Position numbers and translations under genes: made by a program. Positions 50,980-61,535 of a DNA stretch of 64,000 nucleotides are shown here, piece after piece (within the stretch, counting starts at the first letter, position 1; each line of letters begins with the position of its first letter). The notes beneath the pieces were generated by a model. It had not been told where the DNA came from, did not search any database, and saw only the letters and a program-made list of their open reading frames with translations. The DNA is taken from contig JBGAIQ010000002.1 of assembly GCA_044225365.1 (NCBI GenBank), forward strand, positions 64,001-128,000, written 5' to 3'. The DNA comes from Planctomycetota bacterium (GTDB lineage Bacteria > Planctomycetota > B15-G4 > JADJEK01).

Positions 50980-52485
50980 TCAGGCCAGGATTCCGTCCAT
51001 CCGCTTCGGCTTGATGACGCCGGTGAGCTTGCGATCGAGGCCGCCGTAGGGGAAGGTGAGCGCTTTGGGGTCGAGGCCGAGCAGATGCAGCACGGTCGCG
51101 TGGAAATCGCGGACGTGGTGCTTGTTCACCGCCGCTTCGACGCCGAGTTCGTCCGTTTCGCCGTAGCTCCCGGGTCTGATACCCGCGCCGGCGAACCACA
51201 TCGTGAATCCCTTCGGGTTGTGATCGCGGCCGAGCTTGCTCGCGGTCTGTCCCGCGACGGCCTTCTGATTCACCGGCTGGCGTCCGAACTCGCCGCCCCA
51301 GATCACGAGCGTGTCCTCGAGCAGATGGCGACGCTCGAGATCGGCGAGGAGGCCCGCGATCGGGCGATCGACCTCCGGGCAGTGGATCCGCAGATTGAGC
51401 TCGACGTCGGCGTGCGCGTCCCACGTCTGCTGCTGATGGCCGCCGCCGTGGTAGATCTGCACGAATCGCACGCCCCGCTCGACGAGGCGTCGCGCGACGA
51501 GGCACTGGCGACCGAACGGCGCCGGCCCGACCGCGAGCGGATGATCCGCCTTCGGGTCGTTCATGCCGTAGAGTTCGCGCGTCTCCTCGGTCTCCTTCGA
51601 GACGTCGAGCGCTTCGCCCGCCGCACCCTGCATGCGCATCGCGAGGTCGTACGCCGCGCTGCGCCCCAGGAGATCGGTGTCGCCGCCGCGCGTCTCCGCG
51701 TGCTTCGCGTTGAGGTCGCGCAGCAGCGCGAGTTCCGCCGCCTTGCCGTCGTCGCCCATCGCGGCGCGTGGGTTCATTGTCGAGGGCTGCAGGTCGAACA
51801 CGGCTTCACCCGTCGCGCGGAACAGCGTCCCCTGGTACGACGCGGGCATGTAGCCCGACGACCAGTTCGACGCGCCGGAGATTGGCCCGCCGCGCGGATC
51901 GTGCATCACGACGAAACCCGGCAGATCGCGGTTCTCCGAACCGAGGCCGTAGGTGAGCCACGAGCCGAGCGCAGGATGGCCCATGAACGGCTGGCCCGAG
52001 TTCATCTGCAGCACGGCGGACCCATGGGCGAACGAATCGGAGTAGAGGCTCTTCACGATCGCGAGCTTGTCGATGTGCTGCGAGAGATGCGGGAACATGT
52101 CGCTGCACCATTGACCGGTCTCGCCGTACTGCCGGAACGTGCGGCGGCTGCCGAGTAGCACGCAGTCCTCGAACTTGCCGCGGCGCACTTCCTGCTTCAC
52201 CGTCTTGCCGTCGTTCTTCTGCAGCTCCGGCTTGTAGTCGAAGAGATCCATCTGCGACGGTCCGCCGAACATGAACAGGAAGATCACGCGCTTGGCCTTG
52301 GGCGTGAAGTGCGGCGCCTTCGGAGCGAGCGGATCGCCGAGCGGCGCTGCGAACGCGGACCGTGCGAAGAGTCCCGACGCGGCGAGCGCGGAGAGGAGGC
52401 CGAGACCGGAACCGTGTTCGAGGAACTCACGGCGAGTGAGGATCCTTCGCTCGTCCGAACGATTCGATTCTCCGTCTTGGTCCAT
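50980..52485 (-). CDS. DUF1501 domain protein (Tat-exported)
   Basis: TRREFL twin-Arg; KAKRVIFLFMFGGPSQMDLFDYKP; ARRLVERGVRFVQ; WGGEFGR; GRDHNP. Confidence 0.93.
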   Translation of the reverse strand: MDQDGESNRSDERRILTRREFLEHGSGLGLLSALAASGLFARSAFAAPLGDPLAPKAPHFTPKAKRVIFLFMFGGPSQMDLFDYKPELQKNDGKTVKQEVRRGKFEDCVLLGSRRTFRQYGETGQWCSDMFPHLSQHIDKLAIVKSLYSDSFAHGSAVLQMNSGQPFMGHPALGSWLTYGLGSENRDLPGFVVMHDPRGGPISGASNWSSGYMPASYQGTLFRATGEAVFDLQPSTMNPRAAMGDDGKAAELALLRDLNAKHAETRGGDTDLLGRSAAYDLAMRMQGAAGEALDVSKETEETRELYGMNDPKADHPLAVGPAPFGRQCLVARRLVERGVRFVQIYHGGGHQQQTWDAHADVELNLRIHCPEVDRPIAGLLADLERRHLLEDTLVIWGGEFGRQPVNQKAVAGQTASKLGRDHNPKGFTMWFAGAGIRPGSYGETDELGVEAAVNKHHVRDFHATVLHLLGLDPKALTFPYGGLDRKLTGVIKPKRMDGILA

Positions 52486-52505
52486 GGAGTGCACTTCGTT
52501 TCGGT

Positions 52506-55500
52506 TCAGTCGATGTAGAGGAACTCGTTCAGATTCATGATCGTGAGCGCGAGCGCGGCCATGGCGTGCTGTGCGCTGTCCACGCGCGGGAGCGCCGCCT
52601 CGATCGTCGTTTTGCCGGAGGACATTGCGAGTCGCTCGAGCGTGATCCCACTGCCGTAGGTCTTGATCCCGACGCGTCCGCTCCGCGTGGCCGGCGTTCC
52701 GCCGTCGTTTCCCTCGAGGGAGATCGGAGGCTGACCTTCCTGCGAGATCACGGCGTGCACCTTGGCGCCCGCGAGACTCACGACGAGCTCGACCGGAACG
52801 AGTGTGCGGATCGCCGCCGCTCGTCGCGCGAGTTCCGTCGCGACGCCGTTGTCGTGCGACAGCAGTATGAGGGCGCCCGGCGAACTCGCGCTCGGCGGTT
52901 CGATGCGGACCTCGATCCCGGCAGCGACGTCGCCGTCCACCTTGCCGCGTACGAGCAACCCGCAGTACGGCGAGTCCTCGTGCATTTCGAAACGGGCGGC
53001 GACCTCGCCGTCGACGAGTTCGTGATCCTTCCACAGCGCGCACGGACCTTCGAGGCGATCGACCTCGTACGTCACGTTGTAGTCGTTGCCGAATCGGCCC
53101 TTCAGCACTTCGAACGTGTCGGCCGGTGCGCGCAGGATGCGATCGCCCGCGAGGATCGCGAGGAATCCGCGTTCGAGCCGCGGGGGGACGAGTGACTCGA
53201 TCACGGTCGATGGCGCGCGCGTCGCGACGGCCGCCGTCTCACGCTCCACGAAAGCTCGCGCCGCGGTGAGTTCGCTTGGAGTCGGCTTGCGCGAGAGAGC
53301 CCGTTCGAAGACGAGTTCGATCGCGCGGGACGTGTCGCCCTTCGCATCGGCGAGCACGCGGGAGGCGAACGCTTCGGACTGGCGGCCCGCGAAGTCGCCA
53401 TTCAAGAGTTGCAGCGCTTGCGTCGGGACGGTCGTCACCGCGCGTCGTCCTTCGGGGAGCGCGGAGTTCGGACAGTCGAAGGTCTCGAGCAGGGGCGTGA
53501 GCAGGTTGCGCTTCACGAACGCGTAGAGCGAGCGGCGCTGCGTCTCCGCCGCGGGCGAGATCCTCATTCCTTCGCCCGGCCGCGACAGTCCGGCGAGCGC
53601 TTCGCGGGGCAAGGGCTCGAAGAAGCTCGGGCCGCCGCGAGTCGTCACGAGACTGCCGCTCGCCGCGAGGATCGAATCGCGCAGCGTCTCCGCCTCGAGG
53701 CGATGGCGATTCTGGCGCCACAGCAGTTGATTGCCGGGATCGACGAGGCTCGCTCGCTTCGCGACGGCATCGTCGACGGTCGAATCCTGACGATACGTGG
53801 ACGAGAGCAGGATCTCGCGATGCAGCCACTTCAGGCTCTCACCGTGCTTCACGAACTCGCTCGCGAGATGATCGAGGAGTTCGGGATTCGTGGGGGGCGC
53901 GCCGGCCTTGCCGAAGTCGTTCGGCGTCGGGACGATTCCCTCGCCGAAATGATGCTGCCACACGCGATTCACGATCACGCGGGCGGTGAGCGGATTCGAG
54001 GAGTTCGCGATCCACTCGGCGAGCACGCGGCGGCGACCGCTCGATTCGGCGTGCGCGGAGCGGGTGATCTTGGAGGGCATCGCCGCGTCGTCGCTCGGCG
54101 CGAGCGCCCGCGGGAAGTGCGGCGCGACCTCTTCAGCGGGTGACGAGGCCTGGCCGCGAACGAGCAGATGCGTGACGGGCGGGGGAGTCGTGTTCTCGCG
54201 GGCGCAGAGCGCCCAGTCGAGATGACCCTGGAACGACTCGCGAATCGTGAGCCGCTCGCGTTGGAGGCCGAGCAATTGGATCGCGCGAGGATGGTCCTTC
54301 GAATCGAGGAGATTGAGCGCGCGCTGTTCGTCGATGCCGCTCTTGACCGCATCGATGATCTCGCGCTGTTTCGCGTTGCGGTCCTTCTCCGGGGTGTCCC
54401 ACGCGTCCTTCAATCGCTTCGCCGTCTTCGCCCGCTCCTCGATCACGAGCGTCCGCGCTCGTTCGACGAGGTCGGCGGCCTCGCTCTCGATCGCTTTCTT
54501 GCGCTCCTCGCGTTCGGCATTCCACTTCTTCATCGCCGCGGGATCGGAGCTCAGCATCGCGAGCGTCGGCGAGTCGGGCGCGAATTTGCCATCGTCGTAG
54601 CGCCGGAGGTTGCGGAGGAACGCGAGCAGTCCGTAGTAGTCGGTCTGCGGGATCGGATCGAACTTGTGATCGTGACAACGCGCGCATCCGATCGTCGTCC
54701 CGAGGAAGCCTTCGCCGATCGTGCGCACCATGTCGTCGAGTTCGTCGAACTCGGCTTGGTCCATGTCGTCCGGCTCGCTGTCCCACGGGCCAAGGCGGTA
54801 GATCCCGGTCGCCACGATCGACTCTTTCGTCACCGCGTCGAGTTCGTCGCCCGCGAGCTGCTCGAGCACGAAGCGATCCCACGGCTTGTCCTGATTGAAC
54901 GAGTCGACGACGTAGTCGCGATACCGCCAGGCGAAGGGCTTCTCCTGATCGCGTTCGTACCCCGAGGTCTCGGCATACCGCACCACGTCGAGCCAATGCC
55001 GCGCCCAGCGCTCGCCGTACTCCGGTCGCGAGAGGAGATCGTCGACGAGGCGCGCGTAGGCGTCGGGCGCCGGATCCAGAACGAAGCGATCGATCTCCTC
55101 TGCCGAGGGCGGCAGACCGATGAGGTCGAAGTAGACGCGACGCGCGAGCGTCGCCTTTGCCGCCGGCTCTGCCAGCATGAGCCCCTTCGCTTCGAGCTTG
55201 GCGAGGACGAAGGCGTCGAGCGGCTTCACGACGCGATCTTCGGCCTTCACGGTTGGAACGGCCGGCGCCACGACCGGGCGGTATGCCCACCATTCGCGGC
55301 CCTTCGCGATGTCGATCTCCGATTCGCTCGACGTGTTGGATGCGGTGTTCGAAGCGAGTGCCGTCGGCCACGGTGCGCCCAGTTCGATCCATTGTTCGAT
55401 CACTGCGATCTCGTCGGCCGCGAGCTGCTGCTTCGGCGGCATCTCGAGCGACTCGTCGGTCCACTTCAGCGCCTTCACGAGCAGGCTCTTCGCCGGTTCG

Positions 55501-55775
55501 AACGGGACGACGACCGCTCCGGAATCGCCACCCTTCTTCAGAGAATCGGCATCGGCGAATCGCAATCCGCCCTTCGGCCGCGCGACGTTCGGGCCGTGAC
55601 ACTTGAAGCAATGCGTGTCGAGGAGTGGGAGCACGCTCTTCGTGAACAAGGCTTCGCCGGTGTCGTCCGTCGCGCGCGGGCCGCAAAGCGCGACCGATGC
55701 AACGCCCCCCGCGGCGAGAGCGAATGTCGAGAGGGCGCTCCGCGCGATGGCGGACCGAATCGAACGAGGGGGCAT
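52506..55775 (-). CDS. Planctomycete cytochrome c / DUF1549 / DUF1553 protein
   Basis: CFKCH and CARCHDHKFDP; YGERWARHWLDVVRYAET; NPLTARVIVNRVWQHHFG; NEFLYID end. Confidence 0.93.
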   Translation of the reverse strand: MPPRSIRSAIARSALSTFALAAGGVASVALCGPRATDDTGEALFTKSVLPLLDTHCFKCHGPNVARPKGGLRFADADSLKKGGDSGAVVVPFEPAKSLLVKALKWTDESLEMPPKQQLAADEIAVIEQWIELGAPWPTALASNTASNTSSESEIDIAKGREWWAYRPVVAPAVPTVKAEDRVVKPLDAFVLAKLEAKGLMLAEPAAKATLARRVYFDLIGLPPSAEEIDRFVLDPAPDAYARLVDDLLSRPEYGERWARHWLDVVRYAETSGYERDQEKPFAWRYRDYVVDSFNQDKPWDRFVLEQLAGDELDAVTKESIVATGIYRLGPWDSEPDDMDQAEFDELDDMVRTIGEGFLGTTIGCARCHDHKFDPIPQTDYYGLLAFLRNLRRYDDGKFAPDSPTLAMLSSDPAAMKKWNAEREERKKAIESEAADLVERARTLVIEERAKTAKRLKDAWDTPEKDRNAKQREIIDAVKSGIDEQRALNLLDSKDHPRAIQLLGLQRERLTIRESFQGHLDWALCARENTTPPPVTHLLVRGQASSPAEEVAPHFPRALAPSDDAAMPSKITRSAHAESSGRRRVLAEWIANSSNPLTARVIVNRVWQHHFGEGIVPTPNDFGKAGAPPTNPELLDHLASEFVKHGESLKWLHREILLSSTYRQDSTVDDAVAKRASLVDPGNQLLWRQNRHRLEAETLRDSILAASGSLVTTRGGPSFFEPLPREALAGLSRPGEGMRISPAAETQRRSLYAFVKRNLLTPLLETFDCPNSALPEGRRAVTTVPTQALQLLNGDFAGRQSEAFASRVLADAKGDTSRAIELVFERALSRKPTPSELTAARAFVERETAAVATRAPSTVIESLVPPRLERGFLAILAGDRILRAPADTFEVLKGRFGNDYNVTYEVDRLEGPCALWKDHELVDGEVAARFEMHEDSPYCGLLVRGKVDGDVAAGIEVRIEPPSASSPGALILLSHDNGVATELARRAAAIRTLVPVELVVSLAGAKVHAVISQEGQPPISLEGNDGGTPATRSGRVGIKTYGSGITLERLAMSSGKTTIEAALPRVDSAQHAMAALALTIMNLNEFLYID

Positions 55776-55924
55776 GGATGGGAGCTTCACGAGTAAGGCG
55801 ATGATAACTCGCGCCGCAATCTCCGGCAAAACCGCCCGGTCAGGATCCGTGGAGAAATCGAGCGAGCCGGTAGACTCCGTGGTCTCTCTCGACCGCATTT
55901 CGTGCGGGCGAACCGCCCGAGCCG

Positions 55925-57211
55925 ATGACCGTCACCCGACCCTTGACCCTGCCCACGCTTCCACCCTCGCTTCCATCCTCTTCGCTTCGAGTGGCGCTCC
56001 ACCGAGCGTTCTTCCTCGCGAGTTTGGTCGTTGCGTGCGGAGGATGCGAGCGCTCGCAGGAGGAGTGGTACTCCGACCTTCGCGCGGACGATGCCTACGA
56101 TCGACGCCTCGCCGTCGTCGCGCTCGCCCAGGGCGGGGCGCTCGGCGTGCGCGAAGCCGCGGGCGTGCTCGCGGCGAAGCGCGATCACGACAAGTTGGTC
56201 GCCATCTCAGCGGGGCGAGAGTGTCGCGACTACGCCCGCCGCGAGGCCTCCGTCTTCGTGAACGTCGTCCTCGCGACGGATGCCGAACTCGAAGGACGCG
56301 CGATCCCGGCGCGCGCGATCCGACTCGACGCTGCGGAGATCGTGATCGAGGAAGGGACGAAGACGGAATCGCAGGCGCTCTACGAAGCGATCGTCCGCAA
56401 GCCGCCGATCCTCGGCGCGGAGATCTTGGAGATCGCATCGAACACCTTCGCGCGGATGGGTCGACGCAGCCTTCTCGTGCTCGAACAGGCGATCGCTGCG
56501 CAACGTCCCGTAGAGCAGTTGCTCGTGTTCCGAGTGCTCGCGAGTTCACTGGGGCTCGATGACGCCGCGGAACAGCAAGCCGCTCTCGACTTCGTGAAGG
56601 CGCACGAGATCGCCTCGCAGTTCCCCAAGCTCTTCATCGCGCAGTCGTTCGCGAATCCCTCGCTCGCGAGCACGATCGGCATCGAGGCCTGCGGCGAATA
56701 CGCGGTCGCGGTGCGGCCGGGTTACGTCGCGCGACTCGTCTCCGACTTCGCGAGCGGCGGGCCCGGGGGAAGCGACGTCTCGTTACGAGCGGGGGAATCG
56801 CTCGCGAGGCTCGGACCGCTCGCGGCGGCCTGCATCGCACCGCTGCTCGAGGACTCGAATCCGGCGATCGTGCGCGCCGCGATCCGCACCTTCGCTCGTC
56901 TCGAATCGGGGCCGGCGCGACTCGCCGCACTCGCCTCGCTCGACCCGCGCGCCGAGTCGGACAAGGAGGCCTTCCGCAGTCTGGCATCGGCGATGAAGGA
57001 AGCGGACGTCGACGAACTCTTGAAACTCAGCGGGGACCGCAACGCCGAGTCGAGGATGCGCGCCGCGATGATCTTCGCATCGCTCGCAATGGGAGCATTC
57101 GGCGGACGGCTCGAAGTCGCGATCGACCGGCTGGCGCATGATCCGAATGGCGAGGTCGCCGCGATCGCCCACACGGCGCCGAAGCGAGATCGCAGCAATG
57201 GCGGGAAGTGA
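55925..57211 (+). CDS. HEAT-repeat protein, probable lipoprotein
   Basis: LVVACGGC lipobox-like; HEAT units (LLEDSNPAIVRAAIRTF; DRNAESRMRAA; DPNGEV). Confidence 0.7.
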   Translation: MTVTRPLTLPTLPPSLPSSSLRVALHRAFFLASLVVACGGCERSQEEWYSDLRADDAYDRRLAVVALAQGGALGVREAAGVLAAKRDHDKLVAISAGRECRDYARREASVFVNVVLATDAELEGRAIPARAIRLDAAEIVIEEGTKTESQALYEAIVRKPPILGAEILEIASNTFARMGRRSLLVLEQAIAAQRPVEQLLVFRVLASSLGLDDAAEQQAALDFVKAHEIASQFPKLFIAQSFANPSLASTIGIEACGEYAVAVRPGYVARLVSDFASGGPGGSDVSLRAGESLARLGPLAAACIAPLLEDSNPAIVRAAIRTFARLESGPARLAALASLDPRAESDKEAFRSLASAMKEADVDELLKLSGDRNAESRMRAAMIFASLAMGAFGGRLEVAIDRLAHDPNGEVAAIAHTAPKRDRSNGGK

Positions 57212-57244
57212 ACGACCGCACGGACCGCCGGGCCGGACCGGCAT
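56292..57244 (+). repeat. Copy 1 of duplicated segment (3' part of HEAT gene plus downstream)
   Basis: 56292-56585 and 57067-57244 align with 61899-62370, with scattered substitutions. Confidence 0.92.
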
Positions 57245-57330
57245 GGATATGCGGACCGCCGGGCTCCGCCCGGCATCTTCTTGAAGGCGCCAGGCCCGTC
57301 TCCTTGGACCGCCGGGCTCTGCCCGGCATC
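57222..57330 (+). repeat. REP-like palindromic repeats (GGACCGCCGGGCTCCGCCCGGCATC), 3 direct copies
   Basis: Copies at 57222, 57253, 57306; internal palindrome GCCGGGC-nnn-GCCCGGC. Confidence 0.75.
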
Positions 57331-57449
57331 TCATGAAGTCTACGGGCCCAAGCCCCGGCGCTTCGTTCTCCGCAACGAGCCCAATGGGATCGATAGGAAT
57401 AAGGTCGCTCTGCGTGCCGGTATTTGTCTCTTCTACACGTTGGTCTTGC

Positions 57450-57944
57450 TCAAGAGATCCACCACATGTGGTCCTCGGTCACGATCCAAACTCCACTCCG
57501 TCGCTCGACCGTATACGTGTTTCCCGATGCGCTCAACCCGCCCTCGAAATATCCGCCCTCGACCTCGACCTTGTCGTCACCGATCCATTTGATTTCTCCC
57601 ACGTTGAAAGACAGGCCCTTTGCGCCATCTATCTTGTGATGAATGCGAGTGTCGAGGGGGGACTGCGCGCCTGCGGAGCCCGGCAACACACGCGGCGAGA
57701 TGTCTTTGAATCTCGCGAGAAACTGCGGGGTCGGGTCTACCTTACCGCCGTCGATCGAGATGAAGTAGTATCGCACTTTATTCTGCGCCGCAGATGCGTT
57801 GTGCTCGAATTCGTAGCGGAAGACTGCTTCGCGGACGTCATCGACCTCGGCGCGTCGCCGTTCTTCCTGTCGCGCCTCCGGACTCATGCATGCGAACGCA
57901 AGGAAAGCGCAGGCCAGAAACGCGACAGCAGCGCGAACGGACAT
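57450..57944 (-). CDS. Hypothetical lipoprotein
   Basis: MSVRAAVAFLACAFLAFAC lipobox; AAAGGA RBS; globular composition. Confidence 0.75.
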   Translation of the reverse strand: MSVRAAVAFLACAFLAFACMSPEARQEERRRAEVDDVREAVFRYEFEHNASAAQNKVRYYFISIDGGKVDPTPQFLARFKDISPRVLPGSAGAQSPLDTRIHHKIDGAKGLSFNVGEIKWIGDDKVEVEGGYFEGGLSASGNTYTVERRSGVWIVTEDHMWWIS

Positions 57945-58091
57945 GAGAGATCCTTTCGATTGAGCGCACGGCGAACGCGGAGACAGAGAAGCGACTGAAC
58001 GCGCTAAGGGTGTTACGTGGTCGCGGCCAAGACGGGTTCCAAGCGTTGAGCATCCTACCTCCCGTCCATCGTATTCTTCCGGCCGAGCACT

Positions 58092-58235
58092 GTGCTCCCC
58101 TCGGAGAAAGAGATGCGCCTTCGGGGCCGAGGCGGCGAGAAGGACGAGATCGGCGACGTCGGTGCCGAGGATATCGACTGCGTGCCGGCGTCGGTGATCG
58201 TGCGCGAGTACGTGCGACCGCCGTACGCGAGCCGG
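58092..58235 (+). pseudogene. IS66 transposase (TnpC) zinc-finger-region remnant
   Basis: GGEKDEIGDVGAEDIDCVPASVIVREYVRPPYA resembles IS66 IGEEVSEQLDYVPASFxVxRHVRPKYAC, with the Cys residues lost. Confidence 0.65.
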
Positions 58236-58583
58236 ATCGCCCCCCTCGATCGCCCCGATTCGGCTGGGGGGCTGGGGGGCGACCGCGTAGACCATCCTCA
58301 GGGCGGCTCGCAACCGCTAGTAACCAACAGGGGACTGTTCGGATCCCATCCGACTCGGGGTGGGGCGGGCGTGACCACGAGCAGGGTGGATTCGCGTGAT
58401 GGGCGTGGCCCGGCGGTACGCCGGGAACAGTCGCTCGAGCCGATGTTCGCCGTTGCTTCGATCCCGTCTCGCCTGATAAAAGCACAGTCCGAATGTGACT
58501 CCGCAATGAACTCGGCCTGCAAAATTCCCGCATTTGTGGCGGATGTCGAGCTTCTCTTTTCGAGCACCCGTAGGCAGCCGCCC

Positions 58584-60056
58584 ATGAACAACCGCGTCGT
58601 TCGCAGTTCGGTCTTCATCGCGTTCTTCACGACCGCCTTCGGTTCGTCTATCGGCGTTGCTCCATCCGCCCACGCCCAGTCGATGAAAACTCGCGTTGGC
58701 AACATCGAACTCGAACGGGGTGTCCCAACCGAACAAAGCGCGCATGAGCTGTTCGACAGCATGGATTTCCAGCGTGCCTGCCAGGCGTATCTTTGGGCGC
58801 TGCCCGCTGTCGGGTTCGAGTATGTACTCCGTGAACAAAGGAATGAGCTCGGCGCAAGAAACGGGGACGTCGTCGTTTGCAAGGGCTACCGAGACGTGAG
58901 TCGGTTCCTCACGCCGAATGTCACCACGCCTTATATCATCGGCTTCATGGATCTGGCGGAAAGCGGACCGATGATGCTGCAAGTTCCCGAAGGTGCGATC
59001 GCCGGATCGGCGATGGACTTCTGGCAGCGCCCAATCACCGACTTCGGCATGACGGGTCCGGATCAGGGCAAAGGAGGGCTGTATCTCCTGGTCGGGCCGG
59101 GGCAGTCGCTGCCTTCGCAGTTGCCCCCGGCGGCAATCGTCGTTCGATCGCCGACGTTCGGCGTTGGCTTCTTCTACCGCGCGCTCGACACCGATCCGGC
59201 GAAGGCCGAAGCGATGGAAAAGGCCATCCGCACCTACCCGTGGTCGCAGCGTGACAATCCGCGCGAGACACAACACCTCAAGCCCAACGCGCCGCAGACA
59301 GCGACCTTGCCTCGTGGTATGGAGTACTGGGAACAGTTGGCTGCCGTGATCAACCGCGAACCCGTGGATGACCGTGATCGGTTCTTCGTGGCGATGCTCA
59401 GACCGTTGGGTATCGAACGCGGAAAGGAATTCAAGCCAGACGAGCGGCAGCGCCAATTATTGAAGGAAGGTGCTCAGGTTGGCGAGTTGATGGCGATGGC
59501 GAATTCCTTCGACAAGCGATTCCCTGGTTCGCGGTATCAACCGAATGCTCACTGGGATTACGTCATCATGGCGGATCCGGCGCAGGACCTTCCGGACTAC
59601 AGCCAGCTCGATGAGCGCGGGGCCTACTTCTACGAAGCTGTTGCCCTGTCGAAGGGGATGGTCACGAAGACACCAGGGGTCGGTCAGGCTTATCTAGGAA
59701 GTTATCGCGACAAGAACGGGCACGCCTTCGATGGAGGACTGTCCTACCGGCTCCGCGTGCCACCGCATCCGCCCGCCAAGCAGTTCTGGTCGGTGACGGT
59801 CTATGACACGCAGACGCGCGGCATCATTCAGAACACGCAACAGATCGCGGATCGTTCTTCCCGGCAGGATCTGGTCACGAATGCGGATGGATCCGTAGAT
59901 ATATACTTTGGGCCAACGGCGCCCGCGGGCCTCGAAAAGAACTGGATTCCCACCGTTCCCGGCGGATCGTGGTTCGCCTACTTTCGTCTCTACGCCCCGT
60001 TGGAGCCGTATTTCGACCGAACCTGGCCGCTTCCGGACATCGAACTCGTGAAATGA
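58584..60056 (+). CDS. Secreted DUF1254/DUF1214 protein
   Basis: DFQRACQAYLWALP, TPNVTTPY, GPDQGKGG, PPAKQFWSVTVYD, NWIPT, RLYAP. Confidence 0.9.
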   Translation: MNNRVVRSSVFIAFFTTAFGSSIGVAPSAHAQSMKTRVGNIELERGVPTEQSAHELFDSMDFQRACQAYLWALPAVGFEYVLREQRNELGARNGDVVVCKGYRDVSRFLTPNVTTPYIIGFMDLAESGPMMLQVPEGAIAGSAMDFWQRPITDFGMTGPDQGKGGLYLLVGPGQSLPSQLPPAAIVVRSPTFGVGFFYRALDTDPAKAEAMEKAIRTYPWSQRDNPRETQHLKPNAPQTATLPRGMEYWEQLAAVINREPVDDRDRFFVAMLRPLGIERGKEFKPDERQRQLLKEGAQVGELMAMANSFDKRFPGSRYQPNAHWDYVIMADPAQDLPDYSQLDERGAYFYEAVALSKGMVTKTPGVGQAYLGSYRDKNGHAFDGGLSYRLRVPPHPPAKQFWSVTVYDTQTRGIIQNTQQIADRSSRQDLVTNADGSVDIYFGPTAPAGLEKNWIPTVPGGSWFAYFRLYAPLEPYFDRTWPLPDIELVK

Positions 60057-60081
60057 CACCCGTATTATTCTCATACAAACC

Positions 60082-61398
60082 ATGAAGACTATCTACCTCC
60101 GATTCGTTGCCGCATTCGCGTTGATCCTGACGGCGTTTCCTGCGGCCCGCGCGCAGGTTCCTGACAAGCAGACCTTGACCGACGCCTACGTCTATTTGCT
60201 CGGCCGCGCCATCGCCATCCGGCAGGAGCAGACGGACCTCAAGGAGCCGGGCATCGACTACAACGTCATCAAGTACAACCCAGCGGGGTCCGCGGATTTC
60301 GTGAACCCGAATCTCGACGTCGCCTACCTCGAAGCGTGGATCGCCGTCGACGACAACACGCCGGCGGTGCTCGAGGTGCCGGAAGTGAAGGGGCGCTATT
60401 ACACGGCGCAGATTCTCGACGAGTGGGGCGAGGTCATCACGAACATCAACGAGCGCAATTATCCGACGCATCCGTTCGGTAGGTTTGCATTCGTCGCGCC
60501 CGGCTCCACGGCAACCGTCCCTTCGGACGCCGCCCGCATCGAATTGCACTCGCGCAAGGCCAAGTTGCTCGGGCGAGTGGAGCTGAAGACGGACCCTACC
60601 GGCGCGATGGCCTTGCAGAAGCAGTTCAAACTCACACCCCTCGGCAAGCCGGTCATCCAGCCCGCCGCTCCGATGGCGTCGTTCGGGAACGAGAAACTGA
60701 TTGGGGTGGAGCTGTTCGACAACGTCGATGCAGTGTTGGCCAGCGCGCTGGATGTGTCGCCGATCGCAGCTCAGATGCAGGCCAAGGCACGAGACATCGG
60801 CCGGCAAGTCAAGGATGCTGGGAAGCGCCAGGCGATCGACAAGATGATCAAGGATGACGTAGTCCCTCAGTTCCTCCGGTACGCCGTCACGAAATCGGGT
60901 GCGTTCCAGAACAACTGGCTCGCGACACTAGGCACAGGCAACTATGGCGCCGACTACTGGAAGCGCAGTTCGGCGAACCTGGTCGGACTCTGGGCGAACG
61001 CCAACGACGAAGTGATCTACTTCGTCGCCACGCGGGATGCCGACGGTCAACCGCTCAATGGCGCGAACGACTATGTGCTCGAGTTCTCTCCCGCGAACCG
61101 GCCAGACGCCGTGGTGAATGCCTACTGGTCGGTGATCCTCGTGGATGTGCCCGACTACCGGGTCGTGAAGAATCCGCTGAACCGTTTCAACTTCAACAGC
61201 GATTCAGGCCTGAAGAGCGAGGCCGACGGTTCGCTGAAGATCCTCTTTTCTTCGAAGCCGAATTCGGCTGTGCCGGAATCCAACTGGTTGCCGTCCGCGC
61301 CCGCCAAGGGATTCTCCCTCACGCTGCGAACCTACGTCCCCAAAGACCTCGTCAAGCGTGGTGAGTGGTTCCCCCCGGCAATCAAACGGCTGAACTGA
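60082..61398 (+). CDS. Secreted DUF1254/DUF1214 protein
   Basis: DAYVY, VNPNLDVAY, GNYGADY, LNGANDYVL, YWSV, NWLP, LTLRTY. Confidence 0.9.
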   Translation: MKTIYLRFVAAFALILTAFPAARAQVPDKQTLTDAYVYLLGRAIAIRQEQTDLKEPGIDYNVIKYNPAGSADFVNPNLDVAYLEAWIAVDDNTPAVLEVPEVKGRYYTAQILDEWGEVITNINERNYPTHPFGRFAFVAPGSTATVPSDAARIELHSRKAKLLGRVELKTDPTGAMALQKQFKLTPLGKPVIQPAAPMASFGNEKLIGVELFDNVDAVLASALDVSPIAAQMQAKARDIGRQVKDAGKRQAIDKMIKDDVVPQFLRYAVTKSGAFQNNWLATLGTGNYGADYWKRSSANLVGLWANANDEVIYFVATRDADGQPLNGANDYVLEFSPANRPDAVVNAYWSVILVDVPDYRVVKNPLNRFNFNSDSGLKSEADGSLKILFSSKPNSAVPESNWLPSAPAKGFSLTLRTYVPKDLVKRGEWFPPAIKRLN

Positions 61399-61535
61399 GG
61401 GGCGTGAACGCCGCGTCAATGCGGAAGGACTGGAACGCGTTACCCAGCCGTGCGCCACGACGCTGGGCGCTCTTCGGCATCCGTCACGCCGAGGATAGTC
61501 GCTTCGGATCGATGTCGGACTCGACGTCATAAGAC

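Noticed and set aside
57222-57345. Three palindromic direct repeats resembling a mini-CRISPR
   Set aside because: Spacers are unequal (~8 and ~28 bp), an inverted copy occurs at 62380, and no cas genes are present; better explained as REP-like
58092-58583. 654-aa version of the DUF1254 ORF
   Set aside because: The upstream part is IS66 remnant plus non-coding read-through; the signal peptide begins at ATG 58584
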